Below are positions 13,907 through 25,815 of a DNA stretch of 64,000 nucleotides, piece by piece. The position numbers and the translations under genes are program-made. This DNA comes from Macrostomum hystrix (Eukaryota; Animalia; Platyhelminthes). The stretch spans positions 3,782,001 to 3,846,000 of the forward strand of contig CATNEN010000034.1 in NCBI GenBank assembly GCA_950097015.1, given 5' to 3'. Each line of letters begins with the position of its first letter. The first letter of the stretch is position 1. Below the pieces are notes generated by a model. It was given only the letters and a program-made list of their open reading frames with translations, did not search any database and was not told where the DNA came from.

Positions 13907-14101
13907 CTACATTGGTGGCGGAGCGGCCGCATCACTGATGGGACTGATGATGCCTAGCAGTGTAACAGGCGGATGGCCGGGCTCTGAGCCCTGCATATAG
14001 CCTAGCAGCATGACTAGCGGTATGTAGCCATAGTAGAATGCCACACGGCACAGGCCGACTAGGCCCATTATACGCTTGGCGATCGCTTGAGTCACGGACA
14101 T
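13907..14101 (-). CDS. TOMM7: Mitochondrial outer membrane translocase subunit Tom7
   Basis: 64 aa; AFYYGYIPLVMLLGYMQGSEPGHP matches the Tom7 motif (WGFIPLVIYLGFxxGADPGMP). A CAATTTTCAG acceptor lies just upstream of the ATG. Confidence 0.88.
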   Translation of the reverse strand: MSVTQAIAKRIMGLVGLCRVAFYYGYIPLVMLLGYMQGSEPGHPPVTLLGIISPISDAAAPPPM

Positions 14102-14299
14102 TGGATCGGCTGGGATAGATCTAGCTGAAAATTGGTGTATGCAGCATCAAATAGATATCATTATCCTTATTGCTACCAAAAGTATGAAAGTGGCAGAATA
14201 TATCCACATCTATATCATTCACTGTAAATATTTCAAGTCCCAAAACTTACCCTCCGAATACGGTCCTGGGATCCCAAAATCTCGTTTTCAAAATATTTA

Positions 14300-15670
14300 A
14301 AAGCCTATGACTGGAATCCCTAGACCTCCCAAAACAATCCTGGGACTGGAATCCATAGACCTCCCAATACGATCCTGGGACTGGAATCCATAGACCTCCC
14401 AAACCGATCCTAGGACTGGAATCCCAAGAACTCCCAATACGATCCTGGGACTGGAATCCCTAGATCTCCCATTCGATCCTAGGACTGGAATCCCAAGAAC
14501 TCCCAATACGATCCTGGGACTGGAATCCATAGACCTCCCAAAACGATCCTGGGACTGGAATCCATAGACCTCCCAAAACGATCCTGGGACTAGAATCCAT
14601 AGACCTCCCAAAACGATCCTGGGACTGAAATCCCTAGATCTCCCATTCGATCCTAGGACTGGAATCCCAAGAACTCCCAATACGATCCTGGGACTGGAAT
14701 CCATAGACCTCCCAAAACGATCCTGGGACTAGAATCCATAGACCTCCCAAAACGATCCTGGGACTGAAATCCCTAGATCTCCCATTCGATCCTAGGACTG
14801 GAATCCCAAGAACTCCCAATACGATCCTGGGACTGGAATCCATAGACCTCCCAAAACGATCCTGGGACTAGAATCCATAGACCTCCCAAAACGATCCTGA
14901 GACTGAAATCCCTAGATCTCCCATTCGATCCTAGGACTGGAATCCCAAGAACTCCCTATACGATCCTGGGACTGGAATCCCAAGAACTCCCAATACGATC
15001 CTGGGACTGGAATCCATAGACCTCCCAAACCGATCCTAGGACTGGAATCCCAAGAACTCCCAATACGATCCTGGGACTGGAATCCCTAGATCTCCCATTC
15101 GATCCTAGGACTGGAATCCCAAGAACTCCCAATACGATCCTGGGACTGGAATCCATAGACCTCCCAAAACGATCCTGGGACTGAAATCCCTAGATCTCCC
15201 ATTCGATCCTAGGACTGGAATCCCAAGAACTCCCAATACGATCCTGGGACTGGAATCCATAGACCTCCCAAAACGATCCTGGGACTAGAATCGATAGACC
15301 TCCCAAAACGATCCTGGGACTGAAATCCCTAGATCTCCCATTCGATCCTAGGACTGGAATCCCAAGAACTCCCTATACGATCCTGGGACTGGAATCCCAA
15401 GAACTCCCAATACGATCCTGGGACTGAAATCCCTAGATCTCCCATTCGATCCTAGGACTGGAATCCCAAGAACTCCCAATACGATCCTGGGACTGGAATC
15501 CCTAGACTCCCAATACGATCCTGGGACTGGAATCCATAGACCTCCAAATACAATCCTGGGACTGGAATCCCTAGACTCCCAAACCGATCCTGGGACTAGA
15601 ATCCCTAGACCCCCAAATACGATCCTGGGACTGAAATCCCCAGAACTCCCATTACGATCCTGGGACTGGG
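14300..15670. repeat. 35-bp minisatellite (CGATCCTGGGACTGGAATCCATAGACCTCCCAAAA)n
   Basis: About 39 copies with recurring multi-unit variant blocks; lies between the NVL stop and TOM7. Confidence 0.96.
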
Positions 15671-16201
15671 ATAGCAAAGCCTGATCCTCCCAATATTATA
15701 TTTGATCCCAAATCTCACCTACCCGAAATGACATTGTGACCCCAAAACTTCGGCTTGCAAAGTTGCAAACTTGCAAATGTGACATGCGATCCAAAAAACT
15801 ACATCGTCTAAGTAGGACCCTGTGATCCTATAACAGTTTAGTCTTTATTTGATTAATTGCAAATTAAAATAAGAAAAATATAACCTGATAAGACTAAGTA
15901 AGTTGATTTGATAATGTCATCTCAAGTCGAAGCATCACAACTACTAAGATGACCAGTTATACTATGTAATTGCATTTCAAACTTCAATGGAAGAATTTCA
16001 ATAGGCTGAATAACACTAGGTTATTGGCGACTGAGACAAAAGAAATGCGTCACGATAGAGATATGCGCAAATACAGATAGAGACATTACAAAATGCTTAA
16101 TACGGATGGCTATAACTTCAACCGGAATAGCAAAATACAACCTGTTGCTTTCCTTGAAAAAAAATACATTGATTTAAAAAAAGCCCAAGCTGACTGACAA
16201 A

Positions 16202-19200
16202 TCAATTCCTTATGCTGTCCTCGGCGGCCATCTCGGCGTCGCCGTTTACAGCTTCGCCGTCACCCTCGCCGTCAGGTTCGCCAACGTCGCGTCGTAGACG
16301 CCTCATCGCTGTCGCGGTGGCTAGTTTAACCGGCAGCGCAGCCAGCGCCACCTGGAAGTCCTCGGCGGTGACGAAACGCCGGCCGCCGGCCAGCCTAGCG
16401 TTTAGTTTAGCCTCTTCAACCAGCTGGCTGAGCTCCGCGCCGCTCAGGCCGCGACACCTGGCATCGTCGGCTACGCTAGCCAGCGTCGACATTCGATCGA
16501 CTCCTTCACCGAACGGCGGCTTTGTCCTAGTCAGGGCGGCCAGCACTTCCAGACGTTCGGCTGGAGATTGCGGCTTCTTGACGACCACAGTTTTGCCTAG
16601 CCGACCGGGTCGACGAATGGCGGCGTCGATCAAATCCGGCCGGTTGGTGGCGGCCATCACGAACACCTGACCGCGGCCCTCCAGACCGTCCAGGAGAGTC
16701 AACAGCTGATTCACCACCTTTGTTGATTGTAGCCAATGCGGTATCAGCATGTCATTGTGGCTTTCAATGAGCTCGTTGGATGGAAACTAATCATAGGAAC
16801 CAATCTGGAAACCATCCTAGGAGCCAATCTGAAAACCATCATAGGAATCAATCACGGAACCATCATAGGAACCAATCACGGAACCATCATAGGAACCAAT
16901 CACGGAACCATCATAGGAACCAATCAGGAAACCATGATAGGAACCAATCAGGAAACTATCATAGGAACCAATCAGGAAACCATGATAGGAACCAATCAGG
17001 AAACCATCATAGGAACCAATCACGGAACCATCATAGGAATCAATCTGGAAACCATGATAGGAACCAATCAGGAAACTATCATAGGAACCAATCAGGAAAC
17101 CATCATAGGAACCAATCAGGAAACCATCATAGGAACCAATCACGGAACCATCATAGGAACCAATCAGGAAACCATGATAGGAACCAATCAGGAAACTATC
17201 ATAGGAACCAATCAGGAAACCATGATAGGAACCAATCAGGAAACCATCATAGGAACCAATCACGGAAACATCATAGGAACCAATCAGGAAACCATGATAG
17301 GAACCAATCAGGAAACTATCATAGGAACCAATCAGGAAACCATGATAGGAACCAATCAGGAAACCATCATAGGAACCAATCACGGAAACATCATAGGAAC
17401 CAATCAGGAAACCATGATAGGAACCAATCAGGAAACTATCATAGGAACCAATCAGGAAACCATGATAGGAACCAATCAGGAAACCATCATAGGAACCAAT
17501 CACGGAACCATCATAGGAATCAATCTGGAAACCATGATAGGAACCAATCAGGAAACTATCATAGGAACCAATCAGGAAACCATTACATAAAGCATTCTGC
17601 AAACTAGGAAGCTGGAGATCGTGACTGGAGCCCGTCTGAAACAAAAAAAATAAACAATAGAACTCACCGTCGAGTGTGCCCCGGTGTCGCTACCTCGGTG
17701 CGCGCAAACGGCGTCGATTTCGTCGAAGAACACCAGACAAGGCTGGCATGTACGAGCATTCTCGAACAGCACGCGCAGAGCCCGCTCGCTCTCGCCCAGG
17801 TATTTGTCGAATATCTCAGGACCTTTCACGCTCATAAAGTTTAGTCCGGCCTCGTTGCTGAGCGCCTTGGCCAGCAGGGTCTTGCCGCAGCCGGGCTCGC
17901 CAACTAGCAGCAGGCCGTCAGCCTTTTGACCAATCGCCTCGGCGCCCTCGGGATCCTGCACCAGCGACATAAAGGTCTGACGAATTTCTCGCTTGGCTTC
18001 GAAGCAGCCGCCAATGTCGGCCCAGCTGACGTCCGGTATGCGAACGAAGTGCGGCTTCTGCTTGGCCAGGGGCAGGACACGGTCGAATGCGGCCTGGAGG
18101 CCAGCGGAGTCTAGCTCGAGCGGCACCGACTCGGAGTTGGCAGGGTCGGCCGTGGCTGTGGGAGACGACAAGAGAAAAAGTCATTCATTATACAGTGGGT
18201 CTTTGCTAAACTACCGACTGGTCATACAGTGGGTCTTTGCTAAACTACCGACTGATCATACAGTGGGTCATTGCTAAACTACCGACTGGTCATAAAGTGG
18301 GTCTTTGCTAAACTACCGACTGGTCATACAGTGGGTCATTGCTAAACTACCGACTGGTCATAAAGTGGGTCTTTGCTAAACTACCGACTGGTCATACAGT
18401 GGGTCATTGCTAAACTACCGACTGGTCATAGAGTGGGTCATTGCTAAACTACCGACTGGTCATACAGTGGGTCATTGCTAAACTACCGACTGGTCATACA
18501 GTGGGTCATTGCTAAACTACCGACTGGTCATAGTGGGTCATTGCTAAACTACCGACTGGTCATACTGGGTCATTGCTAAACTACCGACTGGTCATACAGT
18601 GGGTCATTGCTAAACTACCGACTGGTCATAGAGTGGGTCATTACTAAACTACCGACTGGTCATACAGTGGGTCATTGCTAACTAACTGATTATTCGTAAA
18701 GTGGGTCATTGCTAACTAACTGATTATTCGTAAAGTGGGTCATTGCTAACTGATTAGTCATACAGTGGGTCATTGCTAACCAACTGATCATGCCCACAGA
18801 GGGTCATTGCTAACTAACTGATGAGTGATACAATGGGACATTGCCAACTTGAAATAACAACAGACGAAAAATGCAGATAAAAACTAAGCCTTACAAACGG
18901 ATGCGCCGAAATCTTTCATCAGGCTAGCAATTCGCTCGAATCCAAATTCAACTTGGCCACGGCTGCCAGCAGAAGCGGTTGAGGGTGGCAGGCGTCTAGA
19001 AATGTGCGCCTCTTCAACAGCTTCTCGGACCAGCTGTTTCAAATCGCCAACATTGAAGCCAACAGTGCGCATGGCGCAATCATCCAGCAGGTCGGCGCCG
19101 GATCCGGTTCCAACCAGTCGCACGTTGGCCGCCATGAACAACTGACGCAGGCAGGCAAGTCGTTGACGCCGATCTAACAGACCCAGTCGTACCACTTTGC

Positions 19201-21337
19201 GAAAGGCGCACAATAAGCCGTCGTCCATCTCGGTTAGTGCGCAGCTGGACTCGCCGATCAGCAATAGGCGAGTGCCGGCAAACTCTGACAGGCAGTTGAG
19301 CAGGGCCCGCCGACACGCCGCCAGTGATTTATTGGCCTCAGATACTGAGGACAGCCGGTCAGCGTTGTGCAGCAGCAGCAGGCAGGGCTGAGCGGCTACG
19401 GCGCGTGACAGTACGGAGTGCCACATGGCTGTGGAAGCCTCCGCGGTTTTACCAGCGAACCAGTCAAGGTGCAGCTCGCACAGCGGCACACTTGATAGCT
19501 GGGTTAGGTTGAAGTGGGCCGGAGAGGCGATAAACCAGTTTAGTTCAGGATTAGGTTTTTTATCGATAGAGTGCCAATTTAGAGAGTGAACATTTGGGAT
19601 GAGTGACAATCTAGGAGGAGTGACAGTTTGGGAAGAGTGGCGATTTGGGAAGAGTGACAATTTTGATGGAGTGAAAAATTAGGACGAGTACCATTTTCAA
19701 AGGCATGAACAATCAATAGGATAAAGGACTATGTGGGTGAAGTTTTAGTCTGTTTGGGGTGACAATTGAGACAAAAAATCGAGCTCTCACCGCAGCCACC
19801 GCCCTAGCCAGCGTTGTTTTGCCGCTTTTGGGCGAGCCGAGGAGAAAACAGCCCTGCAGCTCTTCGGTTACCAGTGACGGCGGGCAGGACAGAGCGGCTA
19901 CGGCCACGCGGCACAGAGCCTGAAGGTGTCAAATGGAATCTGCTGTCACTGTCGCTAAGACATTCAAGTAGCAAAAGAGCCGCTTACCATGAGCTCGTGG
20001 TGAAATAGATCTTTAAACAGCGCCTCGGCGTCCAGTTTCGGCACGCGGAATTCCAGATCCATGTCGTCGACTAGTCTGGAAGCCAGGCTTTTCCTTTCGC
20101 CAGCGGCAGCAGCTCCAGAGTCAGCGGCGGAGGCGGCGGCGTCGCCAGATTTGCGCAAACGCCTTCGCTTCGACAACGGCTGCTGCGAAGTCGGCGGCGT
20201 CGATGAAGGCGCCGCGCTGGCTTCAGGAGTCAACGAAGCGTCGACGACTGAAGCTGCAGTAGCTGCGGAGGCGGCGGCGGCGGCAGCCAAACGAGCATTT
20301 TCTCGAATTCTACGCAGACTAGCTTCGTTGAGGCTGCTGCGGTACTCCTTATTGAAAGTGAAGGACTATTTTTAGAAGGCCAAACGCGCGATTTGTAATT
20401 TACACCATTGAGGGCCAACCTCAAAAACACAGGGAGATTGTACACTGCCTGACGATGAGAAAGTCAGGGCAGATGGACACACCTGTGTGAGCGTGCGCCT
20501 GCGTGCGGTATCTGAGGGCATGGGTGCTCAGGAGTCAGCGAAATGGACAGAATTGCCTCCTCGCTGGCTGCGGGTCTAGTGTCACCAAATGATGTGTCAT
20601 TGCCGCAGACCTCCTGCTATTATATTTATCATTGTTTATATGGGCACTTTGAGCTCAATACAATTGGTACAGCAAACAGACCCCATACCTTGGCGAGAAG
20701 GTTGTATATCATAGTACATGGTGTCATAATTGTGAATATTTTCCTAGCGTGGATTTACACAAGTTCTGAAGGAATTGGATTGAAGAAGCAGTAGTTAACG
20801 CCATACCTTCCCTATAGGCGGGCCCTCAGGCTCAAACACTTACAGGCTCAGGTACGTAATCGCTGCCCGACAATTCGCCAGCTGAATTGTCGTCATCCAG
20901 ACTATTCTCGTCGGCATTGTTGCAATCGACGCCTGGTAGACGCCAGCCGCGTTGCTTAGCAACGTGCACATATTTTAAAGCCTTGCCGGCATCCTTGCGC
21001 CAGTGCTTCTCTTTGCGTCGATGAAAGCTTCTAGTAAAGTTGTGAAGTAAATTGATACAGGTCATTAATTATTGTGTGTTTCATTTACTTATCTACCAGC
21101 GAATAGAACTTACGCGCTATTTTCGTGAATGTAGTCGATAAATTCGTGCAAATCACCGGTCGGATGACTAGCAAGAAACTGCGGGAAAAGTGCAAAATGT
21201 CCTACTGATAGTAGAAATGTTAGCATTCGGCAAAATGCGATTTTGACAAAGTTTACGTTTCCTACCTCTTGAGCTTCGCGAAAGAGAGCTAGATTTTTAT
21301 CATTTATCTGCGGTGGCTTGTAGTTTAACAGCGTCAT
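16202..21337 (-). CDS. NVL: Nuclear VCP-like AAA+ ATPase (NVL/Rix7); exons 21337-21266, 21178-21114, 21030-20844, 20347-19988, 19919-19791, 19498-~18894, 18155-17668, 16717-16202
   Basis: Intact D2 (GEPGCGKTLLAKALSNEAGLNFMSVKGPE...FFDEIDA...VVNQLLTLLDGLEGRGQVFVMAATNRPDLID..RRPGRL). The N-terminal domain resembles NVL (FHRRKEKHWRK vs YGRRKRNAFR; SDYVPEP vs EDYPDP). All junctions are GT-AG and phase-consistent. Confidence 0.88.
16780..17585. repeat. 24-bp minisatellite (GGAACCAATCAGGAAACCATCATA)n in an NVL intron
   Basis: About 33 copies; source of three spurious repeat ORFs. Confidence 0.96.
18188..18830. repeat. 34-bp minisatellite (CATACAGTGGGTCATTGCTAAACTACCGACTGGT)n in an NVL intron
   Basis: About 19 copies, degenerating toward 18830. 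Confidence 0.94.
20400..20620 (+). repeat. Dispersed structured repeat, copy B (NVL intron, antisense to host)
   Basis: TTGAGGGCCAACCTCAA hairpin and CAGGAGTCAGCGAAATGGACAGAATTGCCTCCTCGCTGGCTGCGGGTCTAGTGTCACCAAATGA shared with copy A. Confidence 0.75.
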
Positions 21338-21878
21338 ATCGATTCCTAAATTGCACCAGCGTGTTTAATAACCAATTTGTTGGTTGCTGAAACAAAGAAG
21401 ACAGAAATGTGACTTTAATAATGACTATTTTTAGGAAAAAACTGAAGAAAGAAATATTATATCTAAATACTTAATTTTTAAATGCAACTATACGTCACTT
21501 AGAGTCAAATAAAAAGTGGAGGCAAAGTCGTTCATTTGGTTTTTAAAGAAGTTATATATACAGTTTTAATTGTACAATAACTGTAATTTATCTCAGTCAC
21601 AGACAAAAAATGCAACATTCTGAAAATTATTTTAACCATATCAAGTGCATCCTGAAAACAGGAGAAAGAGAGATCAAGTCTGGACGGGCATTCTATTTTT
21701 AGCATTGGGGAATTCTTGCTGGGTGTGAAAGCTTTTCTGCCAATGAACAGAGGGCCCTGTGCCGGCTCAGCCAATCCTGACCCAAGGAGCGAGCGCCAAC
21801 CCTATTTGGGTGAGTCACGTGTTGCGGGCTTAATAATAGGAAACAATCGAACTTCTTACAAAGGAGAGCAAAAAAATT

Positions 21879-23737
21879 CTACAACTGTCTATAATTAAAT
21901 ACAGTCTGCTCTGCAGCGGCAAAGCAGTCAAGGAATGCGGACTCCTCAAGTCCGAATCTGGCGTACTGATGTACAAACGCTTTGGCGGCAAACATTGACC
22001 AGGCGCGAGCCAATGATCGGTCAAGCGTGTCAACGCCAGTTGAACAATTAGACAGCATTGCACAGGCTCGCTCATAGCCTCGATAGGGTCGGTTGGTGCG
22101 GCACACGCTGAGCCGGTCGGACAGCGGCAACCAAGTTGGGTGCAACTCCGGCAATGCCAGCTGCTGCTCCCAATCGGCTGGCGACAAACTGTTAGCGCCG
22201 AGGCCGCGAAGCCACAGCCGATTGGCGAAGCAGCGCTGCCTACCGGCGGCGGCGGCTCCGGCTGCATCCTGACGCCAGTCGAGGCCCTCTTCAACAGCGG
22301 CGCCAGCCAGCAGCATCTGGCGCAGGTGACGCAACAGGCCGGGCCAGGCGAAGCCGGAGAACTCTTTGGCTCGCTCCGAAGCGTAGGGCAGGCAGCGCAG
22401 CTGCAACAGGCGCAGGTCCGGGTGCGGGCAGAGACTGGCGACGATGCCGGCTAGTGCCGGACCGACAGAGGCACCGCTGGCTGGCTGCAGGCAGGCGCCT
22501 AGCTGATGCCCGATCATTGCATTGAGGTGCTCAACGCCGACTTTTGCCAGGCCTAGGCGCCGTTCGCAGGCGTCCTGCAGGCGATCGTTCTCAAATAGGA
22601 GCAGAGAGTCGCAGGCGGCTGTCAAGTGGGCCAAGGTCAGCACGCTGTTGTAGGCTTGAACTGAGACTTCGCCACGGCTGTGCGGCCACACTAAGCCGGA
22701 TACCTGGCATTGGGGTACAGGTGCTAAAGGTTGAAAGGACGATTAATTGCAGCCCTTTTCCTAAATAAAAAGTCTTCTAAAGCTGAGACAAGCAACAGGT
22801 AAGCGGATTGAACAATGCCATCTCCAAATCACTAACCAGCTGCGCCTCGGGATATTCATCGCGCACCCTTTCGCAAACAAAAGTTCCCAATCCCGAGCCG
22901 GTGCCGCCAGCCAGGCTCATCAGCGCCAGGAAGCCGTCGAGACGATCGGCTCCTTCGGCTTGACGACGGACTAGATTGGATAAGTCCGGCCAGCAGTTCG
23001 GGCCGTGATGTTTGTAACCCTGGTGTCAATGATAGCAAATTAGCAGATGGCATATGAGCAGATGGCATATGAGCAGATGGCACATGAGCATATGGCATAC
23101 GAGCAGATGGCATATGAGCAGATGGCATATGAGCAGATGGCATATGAGCAGATGGCATATGAGCAAATGGCACATGTGTAGATTGCATATAAGCAGATGG
23201 CATATGAGCAGATGGCATATGAGCAGATGGCATATGAGCAAATGGCATATGTGTAGATTGCATATAAGCAGATGGCATATGAGCAGATGGCATATGAGCA
23301 GATGGCATATGAGCAAATGGCATATGTGTAGATTGCATATGAGCAGATGGCATATAAGCAGATGGTATATCAGCAGATGGAAAGTCAATTGAGAAAGCTA
23401 GTACCTGAGCCCAGTTATTTCCTGATCCGCGTTTTAGGCACACTTTCGCATTGTTGGCGTAGGCCCAATGGCCAGATTTGGCAGCATCATGCATCACCAT
23501 GGCAACCACTTTTTCTTCAGCGTCGCAGAGTACTGCCTGGGCGCGCATTGGCTGGCCATCATGACAACTAAAAAATCTGGAACGTGACACCTCTGAATAG
23601 GCGTCATCTGTTTCCATGGCAACAGATGATTGACTTCGTCTACAATCACCGCTAGCTAGATCTTCAACAATGCTAGAGAAGAATGCGTGACCAACCTGAT
23701 TGCCACACTGGCCAAGCTGTAGTGTCACTATGGACAT
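21879..23737 (-). CDS. TUBD1: Delta-tubulin; exons 23737-23405, 23019-22837, 22703-21879
   Basis: MSIVTLQLGQCGNQVG, GSGNNWAQ|GY..HGP, MSLAGGTGSGLG, WPHSRGEVSVQAYNSVLTLAHL and C-terminal AWSMFAAKAFVHQYARFGLEE match delta-tubulin. Confidence 0.92.
23040..23380. repeat. 15-bp minisatellite (GCAGATGGCATATGA)n in a TUBD1 intron
   Basis: About 22 copies. Confidence 0.95.
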
Positions 23738-24109
23738 TGCTACTAATGATGCTGCAATTTTGTGCAATACAATGATCAATCCTAAGTTTAAGCTACTAAG
23801 AAAGATGAAAAATTATCATGATTACTAAAAAAGAAGTAAGTTACAGTCGTGAATTCTTATATTCATGAAATATGTAAAAATTCAAGGATTCATGATGTCT
23901 ACATCAATATGATTCCAATTAATAGTAATTTTCATACCATCATTGTATCTAAAAGCTAAAATGCTCAATGGAGAATCTAAATTGAAGCAATACAGTGTAT
24001 TTAATTTGATTAACTGAAGATAAAGCCAAAAGTTAATGGCCACAATATTTTTTCAACAAGGGAGTTAACTAGGCAAATGTGCAATAGTGAACTAGCTTGA
24101 ATCATACCA

Positions 24110-24390
24110 CATACATGCGCAACCTCCCAAATCTTAGCCGGCCTTGCGACTTAGTTTTTGCTCTCATTTGCGACTTAGTTCGTTTCATTGCTTTATTTAC
24201 GACTTAGTTTGCTCTCATTTGCTCTCTTTTTCTCTCCCCTTTTTCCTTTTCTTCACGCCTTCCTTTTTTGTCCCTTGGTCCCCCCTTTGATTTTTTGGCA
24301 CTTGGTCGATTGGTTTTTGCGACTTACCTTGCTTGGCCCTCGTTTCACCCGGCCGGTTCGGCCGGGTCGGCCGGGTGTTGCGCATGTATG
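24110..24390. mobile_element. Mutator-like MITE (281 bp)
   Basis: 14-bp TIRs CATACATGCGCAAC / GTTGCGCATGTATG flanked by a perfect 9-bp TSD ATCATACCA (24101-24109, 24391-24399). A 9-bp TSD is typical of MULEs. Confidence 0.8.
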
Positions 24391-24754
24391 ATCATACCAG
24401 AACCAGTGAACTGAACTAAAGTGCAAAGAAGCAATAGAAATTAGACTAACACATGTGTATGACTATGTTGGTCAAATTCCAGCTTTCACAGCAGCTGACA
24501 AACAGCTCTTTAATGTACAGGCCCAGAATATCCTAATAGAGATATAGGCCTATTGTGCAAGAAGCACAGCCATAGAGCATATATGTAATGCATTAAAGGA
24601 AATGTTTGCTATGTAGTTTAATTTCTTCCCTTCACCAATTTATCCAGTTTTGTACAGTTTATTGCGATATAAAATACATTGAAAAAAAAGAAAATATCTA
24701 TACAGTAATTAAAAAAAGGAAGTGCTTATTCCCATGGTCCCGTATGGCATGAAG

Positions 24755-24895
24755 AAAAGGAAAAAGAAGAGAGAAAAAGAGAGCAAATGAGAGCAAACTA
24801 AGTCGTAAATAGAGCAATGAAATGAACTAAGTCGCAAATGAGAGCAAAAACTAAGTCGCACAACCGTCTAAGATTTGGGAGGTTGCGCATGTATG
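24755..24895 (-). mobile_element. Truncated inverted copy of the same MITE end
   Basis: Reverse complement of about 24110-24240, ending in GTTGCGCATGTATG; no matching second end found. Confidence 0.7.
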
Positions 24896-25502
24896 GTAGC
24901 AAGTCAGTAGTATCATTTGCACATGTGTATCATATCATATCTCAAGTGCATGTGCAATACAAATTTCATGTCAATACAAATTTCTCATGTAACTTAGTAA
25001 TTTCTTAGTAATGTTACATATTATTCAAAATTAACAATTATTTGAAATTAAATGTGTACATTGCTTGTAATTAAAAGAGGCGTTACTATAGGTACTGTAG
25101 GTTCTGGAAAATGTATGGCCAGTTGTATATAGTACATGAAAATTGCTACACAGTTCCTGTAAAATATGTGCATTAAGTTCTTAAAGTTATCGGCAAAACA
25201 AGCTGCTATTCTCTGTGTGGATAGGCAGAGAATTATTGGCAAGGATCCGTGTGGATAAAATTGAAATTAATGGCACGGCATACATAAAGAGTTGTAGACC
25301 TATTCATACAAGCTGCCATCTGGACAAGCAGAAAATTATTGCATGGATCCATGTGGATAAAATTGAAATTATTGGCACAGGACTGTGGGAATAAGCTCTG
25401 CCTAAAAAATGGTTTCTAGAGTTCAAACTAAAATATGGCATATGGTAATTGGTGTCCTACATTCTAATCAAAGTCCTTAGAAAAAAAAACATACAAAAAA
25501 GA

Positions 25503-25815
25503 GAGCTTGTAGCCTAGTAGTTAGGGCGTCGCCGCGTCGGACTAATGACTTGAAGGTCGGGGGTTCGATTCCCGACTCCACTGAAACAATTTGTGTCCTT
25601 TAGCAAGACACTTAACTCTGCATTGCTTCAGTTAACCCAGCTGTTAAATGGGTACCAGCATTAGCTGGGATAATTGAAGGTGGGTGTGGCGTCCCCCCAG
25701 TCCATGGACTGAACAGCTGTACACAGCCTTAAGATGCGCTGCGCAATAGCTCTGGCTGTGCTGTCGGCTGCACATCTGGCCCGATTGGGCAGGTGTAATC
25801 AATTATTAATTATTA
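25503..25815 (+). mobile_element. Full-length tRNA-derived SINE with CORE-like central domain
   Basis: A-box-like TAGCCTAGTAG and B-box GGTTCGATTCCC; TGTGTCCTTTAGCAAGACACTTAACTC...CAGCTGTTAAATGGGTACC resembles CORE-type SINE domains; palindromic 3' stem and (ATT)-rich tail; three copies in the window. Confidence 0.82.

Noticed and set aside
14297-15677. MDSSPRIVLG-repeat ORFs
   Set aside because: Translations of the 35-bp minisatellite.
16736-17644. Three overlapping ~280-aa ORFs (antifreeze-like IIGTNQET, His-rich)
   Set aside because: A 24-bp unit (multiple of 3) is open in several frames, and it lies inside an NVL intron.
20545-20620. Canonical HDV-like ribozyme in repeat copy B
   Set aside because: The P3/L3 match is exact, but the J4/2-like motif is upstream and there is no GG for P1.1 after the P1 3' strand. 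Kept only as an unexplained structured repeat.
22856-23779. 307-aa ORF with AHMPS repeats as the full delta-tubulin N-terminus
   Set aside because: Read-through of exon 1 into a repeat-filled intron; the real exon 2 is in another frame.
25503-25580. tRNA gene
   Set aside because: It has A and B boxes but no clean cloverleaf, and it continues into a SINE body present in other copies.
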